Below, piece after piece: positions 1 through 11,750 of a stretch of DNA of 64,000 bases (position 1 is its first letter; every line of letters starts with the position of its first letter). A program made the translations under genes and the position numbers. This DNA is from Malacoraja senta (Eukaryota), in contig CM075988.1 of NCBI GenBank assembly GCA_038087875.1, positions 27,282,001-27,346,000 on the forward strand, in the 5' to 3' direction. The notes under the pieces were generated by a model that had not been told where the DNA came from, ran no database searches, and saw only the letters and a list, made by a program, of their open reading frames with translations.

Positions 1-351
1 TTTACGAGGAAATTAATTTGTACTGATATCTGCAATGCACAGACTTAGCCTCAGATGACATTTTGCTCCCTTTCAGAATCCGTGGATAGCTGCAATCCAA
101 GCATTTCTATTTGCACCGCAGGCCACATTGTGATTGAATTTCTTGCAGACAGAACTTCATTCCTAAACTGCTGGAAATGATCTCTGAGAATGCTTAAACT
201 CTGATTGAAATATTCCATGACACAAATATGAGTTAGTATTGACTGACAATGAGCAACAAGCTGTAATCTTGCCTTTCCAGCTGTGCATTCTCCAGTTGCA
301 GTTTCAGACGAATGATGTGTGTAATGCAGATTGGTGTCTTGATAGTTGCAT

Positions 352-665
352 CCTAGTTTAGTTGTTTAGTTTTGAGATACAGGCCCTTCGGCCCACCTTG
401 TCCGCACCAACCAGTGATCCCCGCATATTAACACTATCCTACACACACGAGGGACAATTCTTACATTTACCACGCCAATTAACCTACATACCTGTACTTC
501 TTTGGAGTGTGGGAGGAAACCGAAGATCTCGTAGAAAACCCACACAGGTCACAGGGTGAATGTACAAACTATGCACAGAGGGCACCTGTAGTCGTGATTG
601 AACCTGGGTCTCCGGCGCTGCATTCGCTGAGGCAGCAACTCTACCGCTGTGCCACCGTGCCACCC
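352..665 (-). mobile_element. tRNA-derived V-SINE (HE1-like)
   Basis: Minus strand has a tRNA-like head (GGTGGCACAGCGGTAGAGTTG...GGTTCAATC), a V-domain (GGTTTCCTCCCACACTCCAAAG) and a CR1-like tail ending in (AACTA)n. Confidence 0.85.
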
Positions 666-1065
666 TGTTGCATTGATATTTTCCCAGCCCATAACCACTG
701 ACTGTGATATGCCAAGGAGATGATGCATTTGATCTCATCTCCTGCAGCAGCAAGGGATTACCAAGTGGAGAGGGGGCAGTGCAGGAATGTTCCTGAGTTC
801 TCCTTGGAAAGCTGTAAAGTTCCTACTGTCTCATGGTAATCCTCCTTGTATTTGGAATGGAAAGAAGGCATTCAGAATGGTACTGAGGATCCAGTAACCC
901 TTCCCTGGGACTGCACAGGAGCCCAATGTCATACGTGGAGCGGCCACAACACCTCTCAGTCTGCTTGCCTGCCCCCTGAAGCATCTTCTGTCCTTCTGTA
1001 GTAAACTTTAGGGAACCCACATTACACCTCATTGACCCACAGGTCGAGTGGAAGCACTGAAGCAC

Positions 1066-2570
1066 AACTTCAAATTCCTCAGAATTAATGTCACCAACAA
1101 CCTCTCCGGGACCACCTATACTGAAGCAATGACCAAGACGTGTGCGGACGCGGCGCTGACAGACAAGAGGCCGAAGCAAAGAAGCCGAAGCCAAAGAACC
1201 GAATAGAAATGAGGCCGAAACGCCAATGAACCGAAAGAGTCCGAAGACGAAACGCCTACTAACCGAAAGGATGGGACGCCTAAATGCGAACTAACCGAAA
1301 GGGCTGGACGTCTAAACGCCAACGAACCGAAAGGTTGCGTCGCCTAAAAGCAAACTTACTGAATGGCCGCTCAGTCGAAACGCCACCTACCTGAAAGGCG
1401 GCGTCGCCTACAGGCCAAAGGACCGACTGCCGCTCAACAGAAAAGTCCAATAACGGACTTGACGTTGCCAGGGGGCGGGACTCGTCAGCGATTGGTCCAG
1501 ACCCCCGCATCCATCATATCACTGTGAAGGCATGAACATTGTCCCAAACCTCCGCTCCACCCGACCCGCAGCCCGCGGAGGGTGGCCGTGGGAGAGTAGG
1601 GGCTGTCCCGAGGGATGCACACCTTCGGCCACTTTCAACTTGGTGCTTGGGTTCAGATTGCCCAGGCACCTATGGCTTGTGTGGGAAAATGAACCCCATG
1701 CTCCCGTCTCCCCCTTCTCTCTCCCCTCTTCTCTCTCTCTCCTCCTCTCTGGGGAGAGAAGGGGGAGAGAGAGGAGGGAGAGAGAAAAGAGGGGGAGAGA
1801 GAAAAGAGGGGGAGAGAGAAAAGAGGGGGAGAGAGAAAAGAGGGGGAGAGAGAGGAGAAGGGGGAGAGAGAGGAGAAGGGGGAGAGAGAGGAGAAGGGGG
1901 AGAGAGAGGAGAAGGGGGAGAGAGAGGAGAAGGGGGAGAGAAGGGGGAGACGGGAGCATGGGGTTCATTTTCCCACACAAGCCATAGATAACTGGGCAAT
2001 CTGAATCCAAGCACCAAGATGAAAGCGTCCGAAGGTGTGCATTCCTACTTCCTTAGAAGGCTTAGGAAGTTTGGCATGTCCCCTACAACTCTCACCAATT
2101 TCTACAGATGCACCATAGAAAGCATTTCATCCGGATGCATCACAGCTTGGTTTGGGAACAGCTCCATCCAAGACTGTAAGAAATTGCAGTGAATTGTGGA
2201 CGCAGCCTAGGCCATTACACAAACCAACATCCCCTCTATCGATTCCATTTATACCTCATGCTGCCTCAATGCCAGCAGCATAATCAAGGACGTCGCACCC
2301 TGGCTACTCCCTCTCCTATCAGGCAAAAGGTATAGAAGTGTGAAAACGCACACCACCAGATTCGGGGCGTTTCTTCCCAGCTGTTATCAGGCAACTGAAT
2401 CATCCCACCACAACCACAGAGCAGGGCTGAACTACTATCTGCCCCTTTGATGTCCCTTGGATCATCCTTGAACGGACTTTGCTGGCTTTACCTTGCACTA
2501 AATGTTATTCTCTTATCATGTACATATACACTGTAAATGAACTGATTGTAATCATGTTTTGTCTTTCTGG
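1066..2570 (+). mobile_element. Degenerate Rex1/Babar-type LINE 3' fragment, interrupted by an insertion at ~1139-2045
   Basis: NFKFLRINVTNNLS...; resumes FLRRLRKFGMSPTTLTNFYRCTIESISSGCITAWFGN...KRYRSVKTHTTRF. Confidence 0.75.
1612..2045. repeat. Fold-back inverted repeat (~130-bp arms) around a purine-rich 18-nt tandem array
   Basis: tatggcttgtgtgggaaaatgaaccccatgctcccgtctccccc is mirrored by gggggagacgggagcatggggttcattttcccacacaagccata; the centre is (ggagaagggggagagaga)n. Confidence 0.9.
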
Positions 2571-2954
2571 ATCAATTTTCCAGAAAAATCACAGTATTAA
2601 GATTCATACAAAATTGCTTCTGCCAATGCTTGATGTCTGCCAATGACTGAGATGACTTTGTTCGAAAATTGTTAAGAGTCTTCAGTATTCAAAGCAGAAA
2701 TATAATTGCAGGGCTTTAATTTTTAATCGTAAGTTAAAAAAAAAAAGGAATTTAAAGATACCATTTGAAAGATATTACAACAGAATCCTCTTATGGGCCT
2801 TTTTTTGATATCAAGCTTTTTGCAGAGTTTCTCTGCAGAATTCGCTTTGTTACGCCAGTTACAAACAGTTCTTGGAATAACAATTTTCCTTTCCTGACCT
2901 CCATTCTTTGATCAGACTTTATTTTGCACCAAATGTTATGCCCTTTATCATATC

Positions 2955-5510
2955 GTGGGAACTATAGGCTGGTTAGTCTGACTTCCGTGGTTGGTAAGAG
3001 TCCATTATAAAGGAAGAGGTTACAGAGTAATATGAAATTCACGATAAAATAGGCCAAAGTCTTTGAAGAAGTAAATAGCAGGACAAAGGAGTCAGTAGAT
3101 GTTGTTTACTTACATTTTCAGAAAGCCTTTGATAAGCACCACACGTTAAGCTGTTAAGGAAGATGAGAGCTCAGGGTATCAAAGGGCAGGTACTAGCATG
3201 GATAGCAGGTTGGCTGGATGGCAGAAGACAAAGAGTGGCATAAAAGGGGGCTTTTTCTGGTTGGCTGCCAGTGACTAGTGAAGTTTCGCAAGGGTCGGTG
3301 CTGGGGCTGCTACTCTTCACGTTGTATATTAGTTATTAACTATTTTCTAAATAGGGAGAGAATCCAGAAATCGGAGGTGTAAAGGGACTTGGGAGTGCTG
3401 GTGCAGGATTCCCAAAAGGTTCATCTGCAAGTCGAATCAGTAGTAAAGAAAGCTAACTCAATGCCAGCATTTATTTCAAGAGGGCTTATATACAAAAACA
3501 AGGATGTAATGTTGAGATGCTATAATGCGTTGGTAAGGTCGCATTTGGAATATTGTGAGCAATTTTGGGCATCATATCTGAGGAAGGATGTGTTGGTTCT
3601 GGAAAGGGTCCAGAGGAGGTTTACAAGAATGATCCCAGGAAGAGTAGGTTAACCAATGATGAGCATTTGTCAGCACTGGGCCTGTACTTGCTGGAGTTTA
3701 GAAGAGCGTGGGGGAACCTCATCCTTCTTCTTTCGTGTGGCGTGCACAGCCAAAAGTTGTTGGACAACTTGTTCTATTTGATCTTCCGTTTGTGCATGTC
3801 GAGTTGATTGCATTAGTCGAAACAAGGCGGACCACGTGAAGGTTGCAAAATTCTTATGGGGTTGGACAGGCTAGATGCAGGAAGATTGTTTCCGATGTTG
3901 GGGAAGTCCAGGACAAGGGGTCACAGCTTAAGGATAAGGGGGAAATCCTTTAAGACCGAGATGAGGAAAAACTTTTTCACAGAGAGTGGTGAATCTCTGG
4001 AACTCTCTGCCACAGAGGGTAGTTGAGGCCAGTTCATTGGCTATATTTAAGAGGGAGTTAGATGTGGCCCTTGTGGCTAAAGGGATCAGGGGGTATGGAG
4101 AGAAGGCAGGTACGGGATACTGAGTTGGATGATCAGCCATGATCATATTGAATGGCGGTGCAGGCTCGAAGGGCCGAATGGCCTACTCCTGCACCTATTT
4201 TCTATGTATCTATGTAATATTCCACCCCAGGGGAACCTCATTGAAACATACAGAATAGTGAAAAGCTTGGATAGAGGATGTTTCCACTAGTGGGAGAGTC
4301 TAGGACCAGAGGTCATAGCTTTAGAATTAAAGGATGTTCTTTCAGGAAGGAGATAGTCATAGAGTGATACAGTGTAGAAACAGGCCCTTCGGCCCAACTT
4401 GCCCACACCAGCCAACATTGTCCCAGCTACACTAGTCCCACTTGCCTGCGCTTGGTCCATATCCCTCCAAACTTGTCATATCCATGTACCTGTCTAACTG
4501 TTTTTTAAACAATGGGATAGTCCCAGCTTCAACTACCTCCTCTAGCAGCTTGTTCCATACACCCACCACCCTTTGTGTGAAAAAGTTATCCCTCGGATTC
4601 CTATTAAATCGTTTTCCCTTCACCTTGAACCTATGTCCTCTGGTCCTCGATTCCCCTACTCTGGGCAAAAGATTGTGCATTTACCCGATCGATTCCTCTC
4701 ATGATCTTATACACCTCTATAAGAACCCCGCTTATCATCCTGCGCTCCATGGATTAGAGACCCAGCCTACTCAACCTCTCCCTATAGATCACACTCTAGT
4801 CCTGGCAACATCCTTGTAAATCTTTTCTGAACCCTTTCAAGCTTGACAATATCTTTCCTGTAAACATGGTGCCCAGAACAAAAAACAATATTCTAAATGC
4901 GGTCTCACCAATGTCTTATACAACTGCAACATGACCTCCCAACTTCTATACTCAATACTCTGACTGATGAAGGCCAAATTGCCAAAGCCTTTTTGACCAC
5001 CTTATCTACCTGCGACTCGACCTTCAAGGAGCCATGCACCTGTACTCCCCGATCCCTTGGTTCTACACCATTACCCAGAGGCCTACCATTAACTGTATAG
5101 GTCCTGCCCTTCTTCAATGTCCCTAAATGTTACACCTCACACTTCTCTGTATTAAATTTCATCAACCATTCTTCCGCCCACCTGGCCAATCGATCCAGAT
5201 CCTGCTGCAATCGTTCACAACTATCTTCACTATCTGCAAAACCACCCACTTTTGTATCATCAGCAAACTTGCTCATCTTTCCCTGTATGTTCTCATCCAA
5301 ATCATTGCTGAGAAATTAATTCTGTCAGAGGGTGGTGAATCTGCGGAATTCTTTGCCACAGAAGGCTGTGGAGGCCGTCAGTGGATATTTTAAAGGCAGA
5401 GATACATAGATTCTTGATTTGTACGGGTGTCAGAGGTTATGGGGAGACAGCAGGAGAATGGGCTTAGGAGGGATAGATCAACCATGATTGAATGGCGGAG
5501 TAGACTTGAT
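2955..5510. mobile_element. Cluster of nested CR1 (HER1-like) LINE fragments on both strands
   Basis: RT/C-terminal motifs ([41 protein letters not shown]); + pieces ~2955-3720, 3849-4215, 4230-4355, 5310-5510; minus piece ~4355-5305. Confidence 0.88.
3723..4228 (-). mobile_element. Ribozyme-headed short retroposon, copy 1, split by a later CR1 3' fragment (3849-4215)
   Basis: Body at 3723-3848, 5' tip aatattccacccc at 4216-4228; TSD ggggaacctcat (3711-3722 / 4230-4241) within a CR1 host. Confidence 0.85.
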
Positions 5511-5700
5511 GGCGGTCTGTTACCAGCGACAGTTCAACCCACAGATATATCACCGATACCACCACAGCAACGAACGAACATGTTGACTCCAACCCAGAGG
5601 TCATGTGTTCAAGGCATGCTCCAGAGACTCTGATTGAATTTTCCATTGAATTTTATTGTTGAGGTTTGTGTTGTGTGGTGTTCAAGTCTTAACTGTAGCT

Positions 5701-5754
5701 GGGGTGGAAGATTGCAACCTTCACGTGGTCCGCCCTGTTTCGACAAATGCAATC
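5701..5754 (+). ncRNA. Minimal HDV-like self-cleaving ribozyme
   Basis: P1 GGGGTGG/CCGCCCT with G1-U wobble, P2 GATTGCA/TGCAATC, P3 ACC/GGT, L3 TTCACGT, one-pair P1.1, P4 reduced to TTTCGA, J4/2 CAAA with the catalytic-C position at 5744. Confidence 0.85.
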
Positions 5755-5835
5755 AACCCGCCGTGCACAATCAAATAAGATCAAATAGAACAAGTTGTCC
5801 TACAACTTTAGGCTGTGCACGCCATACACAAGTAG
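5701..5835 (+). mobile_element. Ribozyme-headed short retroposon, copy 2 (135 bp)
   Basis: 8-bp TSD ctgtagct (5693-5700 / 5836-5843); homologous to the copies at 6881-7012 and 3723-4228; begins with an HDV-like ribozyme fold. Confidence 0.88.
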
Positions 5836-6739
5836 CTGTAGCTATTGGGAAGAAGCTGTTGTTGAACCTGGGGGGTCATTGTTTTACCTTCTTCCTGATG
5901 GTAGGAATGAAATGAGAGCATGGTCAGGCTAATGTCAGTCATTTTCAGTTGAATGAAACAATGAATATTTTAGAGAAGGGCCAGAGAATCCAGACCAATA
6001 TTCATACCTTAAATATCCCTAAGAGATATAATCAAGCCGTTGGCCTTTGTCATTTGTGGTTCAGATTTACATAAATAAATTTCCACCTGACATACCACTG
6101 TGAATACATTCAAATGCTTTTCATTGGGTATAAAGCGATTCGGAATGAACTGACGCCATGAAAGACACTATGTAAATACCTTCTTCCATGTGCTTTGCCC
6201 ATTTGATCTTGCTACAATCCATTAATATATTAGCTTTGTTCAGCAAAGCAATGCATCCATGCTGACATTAGCATGGCAACATTTGAAAGAATTTAAAGTG
6301 TTGCCAGCGAGATTCCATCAGTTTATTCAAATCTATAAGCAAATATTCTCATTAAGTGTTTGAATGGAGTTAGCCTGGGCTGCTAATCCATTCCATCATT
6401 AATATTTAATTCTGCAGTACCATTCATCCATCACCAACAGCAGCACTCATCATCCACCATGACCCGTTTCCTCTTTGCATTGTTTACCGTAACCGATTAT
6501 TTAATAGATTCCATAAATCATTCATGGCAACGTAGCTCCTGACATGCATAACGACCAAGGTGAACTACTGTGTGGACAATCACAAAGTACATCATTAAAA
6601 AACTAGGTAAAGTTATGTTCCCTCAAACCATGCACATGGTTGCATTCTTTTTCAGCTTCACCTGCAGAGGCATGCCTGAGATCACAAGTTTCTCTTCTGA
6701 GTTTGCTTCAGAGGAAAAGTTGTCAGCCACATAATCACA

Positions 6740-7187
6740 AGTTTTAGTTTAAGAGATACAGCGCGGAAACGGGCCCCTCGGATCACCGAGTCTGCGACGG
6801 CCAGCGATCCCTGCACATAACACTTTCTTATCCACACTAGGGACAATTTACATACACCAAGCCAATTTACCTACAAACCTTCTTCTTTCGTGTGGCGTGT
6901 AGACTAATGGTCTTGGACAACTTGTTCTATTTGATCTTCCGTTTGTGGACGTCGAGTTGATTGCATTAGTCGAAACAGGGTGGACCACGTGCAGGTTGCA
7001 ATCTTCCACCCCACCTACAAACCTGTACATCTTTGGAGTGTGGGAGGAACCGAAAATCTCGGAGAAAACCCATGCGGTCACAGGGAGAACGTACAAACTT
7101 CATAGACAGCACCCATAGTCGGGATTGAACCCAGGTCTCCTGCGCTGCAAGCACTGTAAGGCAGCAGCTCTACTGCTGCGCCACCAC
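6740..7187 (-). mobile_element. V-SINE (HE1-like) hosting ribozyme retroposon copy 3
   Basis: Same family as 352-665; head GTGGTGGCGCAGCAGTAGAGCTG...GGTTCAATCCC. Confidence 0.85.
6881..7012 (-). mobile_element. Ribozyme-headed short retroposon, copy 3 (132 bp), inserted in a V-SINE
   Basis: 12-bp TSD acctacaaacct (6869-6880 / 7013-7024); minus strand starts GGGGTGGAAGATTGCAACCTGCACGTGGTCCACCCTGTTTCGACTAATGCAATC and ends CACACGAAAGAAGA. Confidence 0.9.
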
Positions 7188-8496
7188 AATAAAGGCGTAG
7201 ACTATTTTCTAAATGGGGAGAATCCAGAAATCGGAGCTGCAAAGGGACTTGGTGGTGCAGGTGCAGGATTCCCAAAAAGTTAATCTGCAAGTTGAATCGG
7301 TAGTAAAGAAAACAAATGTAATCCTAGCATTTATTTCAAGAGGGCTTGTATACAAAAACAGGGATGTAATGCTGAGGTTCTAAGGCACCGACCGGTCAGG
7401 CTGCATTTGGAGCAATTGTGGGCACCATATGAGGATGTGCTGGCCCTGGAGAGGTTATGGGGAGAAGGCAGAAGAATGGGGTTAGGAGGGATAGATAGAT
7501 CAGCTTTGATTGAATGGTGGAGTAGACTCGGGTCGAATGGCCTAATTCTGCTCCTCACTTATGACAAAGGGACAGGGCTTTGGCTCCTCGTCCGGACCAC
7601 AATCCCTCTAATGCAATCTTGTGCTGCAGGAATACGGGTTGCTGATACGCATTGCACGAATGATCAGTGAATATTTTAAACAACTATCCACTATCTTTCC
7701 TTCACATCTGAAAAAGGGTCACCAGAAATGTTGTCTGTCTATTCCCCACACAGATGCAGTTCCTCCAAAGCTGTTTTGTTCATCCATCCTTCATTTAAAG
7801 TCAACAAGTAAGCACCCTTGATGCTGTTTTACAATATACATTACTTAAACTTAACCAATAGGCCCAGTAATAATCCCGCAAGTCGAGTAGAAATTCAGTT
7901 TTGGTGAAGACTCTGCAGCCGAAACATGAATGGCTTCTCTTTCCACAGCAGTTGCCAGACTAAGTGCTTCTGGCATTTTCTGCTTTGATTTCAGATTTCC
8001 AGCATCCGCAGTGTTTTGATTTGCAGTAATTCTGCTGGTCATTAACTACGCCTGCCTTCCCCATATTCACCAGTCTCCTCTCTGACTCTTTCCTCCACCT
8101 CTCGCACACTACACCATCAACCCCATCACCACTCATTACCTGCACTCGATTACAGGTGCTGTCTAAACAGAGTTTGTACATTCTCCCTTTCTCCAGGTGC
8201 TCTGGTTTCCTCTCACATTCTAAACACACGCAGGTTTGTTTGTTAATTGACGTCTGTAAATTCTCCCCAGTCTGCAGGATAAAACTAGAGTTCAGGTGAC
8301 TGGGCACCACGGCCTTGGTGGACCGAAAGGCCTGTTTTCACACCATGTCCTCAAATTAAACTGACATTCTTACCTCAAAAAAATCTCCTCAGATGAATTA
8401 GTTGAACCAAATACTTTTGCAGATTATTTAGCAGTCTTCTCATTAATGTTTGCTCCTGAATATCAATATTAGCACCGGTGGTGAACCTTCCTCAGT

Positions 8497-8728
8497 AACA
8501 TGGTGGTGCAGCAGTAGAGTTGCTGCTTTACAGCGCCAGAGACCTGGGTTCGATCCCGACTACAGTGCTGTCTGTGCGGAGTTTGTACGTTTTGCGTGGG
8601 TTTGGTGTATGTATAAAATTGTCCACAGTGCGTGTGGGATAGTGTTAATCTGGGGGGATTGCTGGTCGGTGCGGACAAGGTGGGCCGAAGGGCCTGTTTC
8701 CGCACTGTATCTCTAAACTAAATTAAAT
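8497..8728 (+). mobile_element. V-SINE (HE1-like), internally deleted; further copies near 8155-8362 (+) and 9130-9410 (-)
   Basis: A-box-like TGGTGCAGCAGTAG, B-box-like GGTTCGATCCC, tail gggccgaagggcctgtttccgcactgtatctctaaactaaa. Confidence 0.85.
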
Positions 8729-11249
8729 TCCAGTGATCAACATTGAGGATTTCCAGTATCAGGCAGTGGCCAAAGAAGGTGGAGAGCATTATTTGGCTAA
8801 CACAATGACACAGGAGTGCCATCTGAGACACAAGAGACTAGATGTGATGTGAATCTTGAGCAAAAAACAAGCAACTGGAGGAACTCAGCGGGCTAGGCAA
8901 CATCTGTGGCAATGGACATTTGATGTTTTGGGTTAAAACCCCTTTAGACTGTAGGGAACTTTTTATATTCTTCGCACAGATGCTGCCTGACCTGCTATTT
9001 CCAAAATAGTATTTTCAATTTTAGTTTTCTAGCATCTGCATTTTTTGTGTTCTACAGAGCTGCTTAATTTATTTGCTCAGAAGATGCAGACATCAATAGT
9101 ATACCTTAGAAGTTAAATCTGAAGGCAATAGTTTAGTTTAACATCATGGGAATAGACCCTTCCGTCACCGAGACCATTGATCACACACTCACACTAGTTC
9201 TATATTATCCAACTTTCACATCAACTCACCACAGTTTATAGCTGCCAATTAACTTACAAACTTGCTCAACTTGGTATATGGGAGGAAACCAGAGCACCTG
9301 GAGGAAACCCATGTGGTCACAGGGAGAACATGAAAATGCCACAGGTCACGATTGAACCCGTGTCTCTGGTACCGTGAAGCAGTAGCTCTACCAGATGTGT
9401 CACCGTGCCATCAATATAATGATTTTTTTTATTTTTCCCCCTGAACGTTGGTGAGGCCTTTTTGACCACCCTATCTACATGACGCCACTTTCAACGAACT
9501 TTGCACCTGTGCTCCTAGATTCCTCGGCTCTACAACATTCCCAGAGCCCTACCGTTCACTCTGCAGGTTCTGCCCATGTTAGTGCTCCCAAAATGCAGCA
9601 CCTCACATTTCTCTGCATTAAATTCCATCAACCATTCCTCAGCCCACCTGCCCAATCGATCAAGATCCTGCTACAATTTGTGACAACCACCATCACTATC
9701 TACAATACCACCCATTTTTGTGTCATATGCAAACTTGACCTATTCTTAAGCAGTTCAGTGGTGGATGGGTCTTTCATGGCTAAAGCTCAAGTTTGGATGA
9801 GATGCTGGTAAGATTTGAACCCTGCCCCCTAACCACACACCAATGAAGGACACAATTGTGCTGTAAATGGGATAACAGTGTACAGAAAAATGAAGCATCC
9901 CAAGTCCACTTGGAAATCTTGGAGATATAAGGAACTGCAGATGCTAGATTCTTGAGCAAAACACAAAATGCAGAGGAACTTCGTGGACCAGGCACCATCT
10001 CGGGAGGGAATGAACAGGCAATATTTTAGGTTGACACCCTAATCCAGTCTTAAATAGCTTGGTTGTTAGTGCAATAATACACCAATTTATGTTACAATAT
10101 ATGCCAATTTTGATTTATAACTGGAATGTACAGAGATCTTGTATTTTACTCCCATTTAAATGAATGTGCTCCTTTACATCCTGATTTATCCACATACTGA
10201 TGAGGGCAAAGGTTCATTTCAGATACCTGTAAAATGAGTTTGGCTGTTGAAACATTTGCTGGTGATCAATAATCATCATGTGAAAGCAGTACAAAACTTG
10301 CCTTAATTTACATCATAGAAAAAAACTAATGGAATATAAATATTCCACTTTGCCAGCTGTATTTGAAGCTGAGCTAAAGACAGCACAGTGTTAACACTCA
10401 ACAAAACTGAAATGTTAAATTCTCATTCCAAAGCAATACTTTCAACTAAACAATTTAAATTCAAATTGCCTTTCAAGGGACAACATCAAGCAGTACAATA
10501 CGTTAAGATTTGATAGACATAGGCAAGATTATTCGTGGGCTGAAATAGGTTAGTGATAATTTTTTTCCATTAGCAAGCGTTTCAAATACCAGTGGGCACA
10601 GATGTGAACAGCAAGAAATATAGGGAATACAAGAAGGGATAAATATTTTTAAAGAACATCAAGAGTGCAACTCTGGTCCAAAACAGTGCCTGCCAATGTG
10701 ATGGAAAAGATCAGGATAAATTGGATACGTTTTCCAGAAATAAGTTTTCTGGGAAAGAAATTGGGAACAATTTGAATGAGTTTGCCCTGCAGACAGTGGG
10801 AATAGACTTGATGGCTGAATGGCTTCCTTCTGTACAACAATGATTTATGGCTTAAATATTTAAATCCATCACCAATGGGTGTTTTAAGCAGCTGTTACTG
10901 CAGTCATTAGCAATAATGAAAAATTAAATAGGATCACTGACCTGCATCAGTGGAATGATTACTAGCTTATCACACAAAATAATCTACCCAGAGGTTAAAA
11001 GCAGAGTTTCCAGGAAATAGTAGCTTTATTCACAATTAAATCCTTTAAAACCAAATTTGTAGTTGATTCTGATCAAGCAAATAGATAGATGGTCCTTAAT
11101 AAGCAAGAACCTTTCCTTCAAATCCCATTATTATTAAACACTGCATAATTTATTTAAATGCCCTTTTCTGGCAATTAGTTCTATTTCACAGCGAGCACAA
11201 AATTTTACCATGGAAAAAATGTTATGTAAAGAATCGGATCATTGTGTAA

Positions 11250-11750
11250 TGAACAGAATTTGATAAGGAAACTCAAGGTAAAGGAATCATTAGGAGGTAG
11301 TGACCATAATATGATAAGTTTTAATGTACAATATGAGGGGAGAAGTTAAAATCGGAAGCATCAGTATTGCAGTTGAGCAAAGGGGACTATGGAGGCATGA
11401 GGAAGGAGCTGGCCAAAGTTGACTGGAAAGGGACCCTAGCAGGGATGACAGTGGAACAGCAATGGCAGGTATTTCTGGGAATAATACAGAAGATGCAGGA
11501 TCATTTCATTCCAGAGGAAGAAAAATTCTAAGGGGAGTAAGAGGCGACCGTGGCTACAAGTGAAGTCAAGGACAGTTATAAAATGAAAAGAGAAGACGTA
11601 AAACATAGCAAAGATGAGCGGGAAACTAGAGGATTGGGAAACTTTTAAAGATCAACAGAAAGTAACTAAAAAGGCAATATGGGGAGAAATGATGAAGTGC
11701 AAAGGTATATGAAGAAGGATAGTAAAAGCTTCTTTAGGTACGTGAAGAGG
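11250..11750 (+). mobile_element. CR1 ORF2 internal fragment
   Basis: Closely similar to 33470-33900 (KGDYEGMREELAKVDWKG region). Confidence 0.8.

Noticed and set aside
62..1020. Possible exons of a neighbouring gene (acceptor-like tttcag at ~77 and ctgcag at ~747); TMPRSS5 considered from recalled human synteny
   Set aside because: No translation on either strand resembled a protein I recognise; needs RNA-seq or tblastn.
1165..1450. Repeat-spacer-like pattern superficially like a CRISPR array (also 50275-50760 and 20200-20500)
   Set aside because: Repeats are short, irregular and lack unique fixed-length spacers; vertebrate context with no cas genes; better explained as transposon-internal repeats.
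1519..2017. Arg/Glu/Gly-rich and Pro/Leu/Ser-rich ORFs
   Set aside because: Arise from the purine tandem repeat inside the fold-back element.
8500..8560. tRNA-like A/B boxes
   Set aside because: Head of a V-SINE, continuing into SINE body and tail; no complete cloverleaf.
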